Part shown: positions 58,190-64,000 of the stretch, piece after piece
How positions within the stretch are numbered: the stretch's first letter is position 1
How the letters are laid out: every line of letters starts with the position of its first letter
Origin: the human T2T-CHM13v2.0 reference genome, Homo sapiens
NCBI RefSeq assembly: GCF_009914755.1
Contig: NC_060929.1
DNA length: 64,000 nucleotides
Direction: 5' to 3' (one strand)
Position numbers and translations under genes: made by a program
The notes under the pieces: generated by a model
The model's input: the letters and a program-made list of their open reading frames with translations, nothing else
Told to the model about the DNA's origin: nothing
Database searches by the model: none

Positions 58190-59210
58190 TAGTTTTTTCT
58201 TTTCTGTTAGTGCAGGTTGATGTTTAACCTTTGTCAAGAGACAGAAATCCAGTGAACATTTTATCATAAACCAGTAGCCTCCAGCCTGGGGGACAGAGTG
58301 AGACTCTTCTCAACAACAAAAAATAATGTTTAAAACTTTTAAATTGCCTAGCTATAACCAAATTTGAAGGCTAAGCAACCAACTGTGCGTGTGTGTGCAT
58401 GTGTGTGTGTGTGCATGTGCGCGTGTGCACATGTATACATTTGGAGAAAGGTAAAGAAAAAGGCTTAAAAACACTTTTCAATAGTGACAATTTAAATCTC
58501 ATCTAAAGTTTTGAATGTTAGTGATCAAATATATTAATAGATCTTTGAGAGCAAAATAATCCATCAACAGGATTATAACAGTAACACTAAGGTTGAGTTT
58601 AAGCTCATGTTAGTCACACACAGAATCAAAATTCTGGGGTGTTGTAATAATGTCCATTTTGTTCATATTTTGATGAAGAATTTTGAAATTCATTGTCTGC
58701 CACCTCTTTTTTTCCCTCATTTCTTTTCTCTGCGGATATTCCTTTTAAAAAAAATCATTTATTTTGCATTATTCTTCTACTCAGTTACTATCTTTTGCTT
58801 TTCCCAAGTCATTAGTAAAGATGTTCTAATTTCACTGTTATATAACTTCCAGTTGAAGATATCGGTCCATCTTTCTCAATTATGGTAAACTGGATGTTCT
58901 AATATTTCCTAGTTCAGAAGTACAAAATTCATACTGTGACACAACTGAGATTCACATCTATCAAATTCATTTCAGTTTAGTATAATTTTTAGTTTATAAT
59001 TGTTTTGTCAAGAATTAAGGCAACAGATATTTTAGAAGATAAATAAAATTTTTTCCATCAGATCTCATGTTCATCAGTTCCATATAGATGCCACTCTATG
59101 TTGTTTCTAAACACTTTGGACAGAAATTTTCTTTTCTGTATTTTAAGCTCAAATTATCTGAAATTTCTTTTTTATGCCTGATTGAAATTCCTCATGTAGT
59201 GGCTTAAACT

Positions 59211-59414
59211 ACAGATTAACAAAATTCGTTCAATGTTAAGTACCAGACAGTAAATATTACTGGCTTTTTAGGCCCTACAGTCTCTCCCTGCCACTCAACT
59301 TTGCAGTTGTAGTAAGAAAGCAGCCATAGACAATACATAAACAGACAGCATGGCTGTGTTCCAGTAAAACTTTATTCGTAAAAACAGGCAGCACACCATA
59401 GTTTGCCAATCCTG
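59211..59414 (+). mobile_element. MER58A-like hAT-Charlie MITE
   Basis: ccagacagtaaatatt, aaagcagccatagacaatacataaa, catggctgtgttccagtaaaactttatt, catagtttgcc motifs. Confidence 0.85.
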
Positions 59415-60891
59415 ACTTAAACGTATTTCTTCTCCAGTTGTTTCAGTGGGAAAGAAGATGTCATCAAAATTTACTATAGGTTTTTTTTTCATATCTTTGG
59501 AGAACTTTAATAAATTCCCTTTGCCTTTCTCAGATTACATCATTATTGCCTGATAAATACTTTTTCCAAACCTTTATTCACTTTTGCTTTGTTATCCCTT
59601 AATTTCTTTCCATGCTTCAGACCTTTTTCCTAAATATAAATGTTTATGTATCATTACTAACTCTAAGCCAAAATGTTTCTGTTCTCTTCGTTTATTCAGC
59701 AAAATTTTATTGGCATTCTACCAGGCATTGAGCTAAACAGTTTTCTATACAGTGGAAGAAGTAAACAAAACATGGTCCTTGTGGTTTTTTTATTTTATTT
59801 TTACTTTTGGAACTTTAAGAGAGATAAACGGTAATTAAGTTAATATAAATATGTCATTTAAAATAAGTGCTCTGAACAGGAAAAACTAGGTGTTGAGATT
59901 GGTGAACTTACTTTTATACTGTATGACCATGGAATGCAGAACATGAAGAGTAAGTAGAAGTTTGACAGGGCAGATTGTTTTAGTCAGAAGGTAACATTTA
60001 CCAAAACTCTGAATAGGAAAGAAGGACTGTTTGAGACCTTCTGGGGCCTGGCTGATGGGAAGAGAGGCCAGAATAAGGCCAAAGAAGGGTTAAGGGAGTT
60101 TGTGTAGGAATTTGTAAGCCTTGTTAAGGAGTTAGAAGCTATTGAAACAAGAGAGTAGCATGATCTCATTAACTTGATTTAAAAAGATTGTCCCAGCTTG
60201 GCTTTCTGTTATTAGTTATTGGTATTTGCTAACTGTTCATTCATTCATCTGTCAAATACTAAATGTTTACTCTGTACAGATTAATGACCTATATACTGTA
60301 AGGACTACAAGTATGACCCTTTCCTTAAAGTTCTTACAGTCCACGGGCTAATTTTCTTGTGTTCTCTTGTTCATCTATTATTTTTTATTCCCCTTGACTT
60401 TGTGGCCTGGTAATATGTCGACCTGTCATATTAATACTTTGTATTCCTTATTTCTATAAGCCTACCAGATGTGATCCTTATTAGATAAATAACTCCATTT
60501 GTAAATTTCAATGTGAGATCAACTCTTTTGAACTCTACAAGTTATTTTTGCTTTGCTTTTGCCTCTGTCTAGAGTTCTTACGTTAAGAGATCAATTGGTT
60601 GCAGTACACTCTGTGATGATAGATAGGCTTTTTAATGTATATAATTAGAGATTAAATGTTCAAATTATCTTTTGATTCTTATCCTTCAGTTTACTGCTTG
60701 TACATTTTTAGATAATATTAACAGAGCCTCAGTAGTAGCAAGAGAACGGGTTGTAAGTAATTCTTTTCTCCTTTCCAACTCATAAAAATTGTATCTCGGC
60801 CAGGTGCGGTGGGTCACCCCTGTAATCCCAGCACTTTGGGAGGCCAAGGCGGGCAGATCACAAGGTCAGGAGATTGAGACCATCCTGGCTA

Positions 60892-61138
<247 letters not shown>

Positions 61139-61277
61139 CTAAATTCAGTGATAATATATCTGTTTGGGGTTAGTTGTATCTGGTTAACATCTGACCTGAA
61201 GCCATTTGCCCAAAGGTTTAAACACTCCTTATGACAAGCTGCCACAAGGCAAGGGCATCAGATCTCTTTAGTCAAGG

Positions 61278-61475
61278 CAAGTTTCTCAGCCTGTATACTG
61301 ATTATGTTTTGGGCTGGATAATTATTTGTTGTTGGGGCTGTCCTGTGTATTGCAGCGTCCTGGGCCTTTGCCCACTAGATGCCAATAGCATCCCTTTCCC
61401 CAATGTGGCAACCAGAAATTACCAAATGTTACCTGAGAGCAAATCCTCTTTTACTTCTCCCATCCACTATTGAAA
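61278..61475 (+). mobile_element. MER20-like hAT-Charlie MITE
   Basis: ttttgggctggataatt.tttgttgt.ggggctgtcctgtg.attg and cccactagatgcca.tagca motifs. Confidence 0.8.
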
Positions 61476-62061
61476 ATCAGAGTCAAGGGTCAAGGACTAC
61501 AAGACACTAGAGCCCCAGCCTTTTATGAAGGCATCTGAGCAGGACATTGACTGGGTGTCTGCATTCTCTTCACGCTGAAAGAATTCCACCCCTGAATAGA
61601 GAGGCCAGCTTTTATGCCTTATACTGCTATTAAGTTTATCATTGTCTGATTTTAAAACTATATTTTAACTTAATGCTTATAATTTTAATTCTTCTCTTCT
61701 GCTGTTTATTATGTTTACTTTGCTAACTGTATTGACTTATTCTTTATTCTTCCAGTATTTATAGTTAATCTCCCTTATTGTATAATATCACAACTTTTTT
61801 ATATTGTTTGTAATTTTAGCTTTTTTGATATCCTCTTGGTTGGTCTTATTTATTCTTTCATTATCATTTTGTTGCATTTTCATTATGTTACATAGAGAAT
61901 ATTAATAGTTTATAATATTAAATAGATCACATGGGAAATAGTCACTCCTTTATCACTTTGAATTCATGGGTATATTTATGCATTTTCTTCTTATTGAAGT
62001 TCTTGAGGTTTTGTAGAAGATATTTGAGGCTCTTGGTGTTTTCTTGTTTTTTGTTTCATCA

Positions 62062-62460
<399 letters not shown>

Positions 62461-62953
62461 TCTGCAGTGATAAGATTCATGGGTGTTGTCATAGGAAGCA
62501 GTCTACTTTCTTCCTGTCAACTCAGTACTGATCATTGCAAATTAAATACTTGTATGTTCATTTAAAAACTAATTACTGGTTTTCCAAAGAAGCATCCCTA
62601 TTGTGGGAAGAGATCTTTAATGGTAGTTGGAAAGTATAGTGATAAATAAAATCCCCTCTATATATTCATATATTACCTAATCTGTATATATGTAATTTCA
62701 AGACTTGTATCTGAAATAATCAAACCTAATGATTGTTTTTTTCAAGTGTGAGAACATGTGCCATTAAATATTTTCTCTTAAAAGTCAAGGAATAGTGATA
62801 TGACCTATTTTTTGTGGATTAAAATCATGTGGATGAATCTTATAGGTGTAAGAGCTCTCATTTGACAGAATAAACTTCACTAAGGAAATAGCCTATGGAA
62901 AAAATTGTATAGGATACAGCAATAACTATATTAACTTACCTTATGTTCTCCAG

Positions 62954-63099
62954 ACTTTTCTTCACAGGAATTAGAGATTTTCATTTGCTCCTTTTCCTCC
63001 TCCTGGCTTCAAATGTTTGTTGCAGAGGCAGTCTTTAAAAAGTTGTGTCTACAGAGCTCTGGCAGTGTTTCTTCTGAGCCACTCTCTCTTCAGAAAATG
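62954..63099 (+). CDS. SLF1: SLF1 coding exon 15 (DFSSQELEIFICSFSSSWLQMFVAEAVFKKLCLQSSGSVSSEPLSLQKM); gene continues beyond the window
   Basis: ttctccag|AC and ATG|gtaagt; 146 nt, phase 1->0; cumulative 2121 nt = 707 codons. Confidence 0.95.
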
Positions 63100-63103
63100 G
63101 TAA

Positions 63104-63331
<228 letters not shown>

Positions 63332-63794
63332 TAATTTTTTTGTATTTTTAGTAGAGACGGGGTCTCGATCTCCTGACCTCGTGATCTGCCTGCCTCGGCC
63401 TCCCAAAGTGCTGGGATTACAGGCGTGAGCCACCACGCCTGGCCCACAAACTCAATTTTAAAAAATTCTTAGTTATTTCAAGTAAGTAGGCAGAATATAT
63501 TAATTCATAAATATTTCAATTCTGTATAAAAGCTAGTATATTTCTGTCTCTAATTAGAGTAATGAAAGCCAGCGGCCGTGCTGAGTGCCTGTAGGTGAGT
63601 GCCTGCAGGTGAGTGCCTGTAGTTCCAGCTACTCAGGAGACTGAGGCGGGAGGATTGCTTAATCCCCAGAATTTGAAGCTGTAGTGCATTATGGTTGCAC
63701 TTGTGCATAGCCACTGCATTCCATCCTGGACAACATAGTGAGACCCCTTCTCCAGGGGCAGTGGGGGGAAGGTAATCACCAAATAGAAATTTTA

Positions 63795-63926
<132 letters not shown>

Positions 63927-64000
63927 TTAGCTGGGCATGGTGGCACATGCCTGTGGTCCCAGCTACTCGGGAGGCTGAGGTGGGAGGATCCTTAATCCCA

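Noticed and set aside
63583-63621. gagtgcctg(t/c)ag x3
   Set aside because: Slippage repeat at the start of an Alu right arm

Overview
Primate (almost certainly human) genomic DNA, AT-rich and dense in Alu and L1. The window lies inside the + strand gene SLF1 (ANKRD32/BRCTx, SMC5-SMC6 complex localization factor 1). I traced 15 consecutive coding exons (5194-63099) with GT-AG boundaries and matching phases. They give an uninterrupted 707-codon N-terminal ORF: tandem BRCT region, charged linker, then helical region. The 5'UTR exon and the C-terminal ankyrin exons lie outside the window. The most striking observation is that the four linker exons at 25837-31134 are paralogous phase-0 repeats, interleaved with four more dead copies in the introns. 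That makes an 8-unit exon-duplication array in which each dead copy carries its own visible lesions. The introns also hold several local template-switch-like duplications (inverted and direct), a perfect 3x114-bp repeat inside an old L1, and a 42-bp poly(A) micro-retroinsertion. Most ORFs in the supplied track are Alu or L1 artefacts. Repeat-family names are from memory of consensus sequences and their boundaries are approximate.
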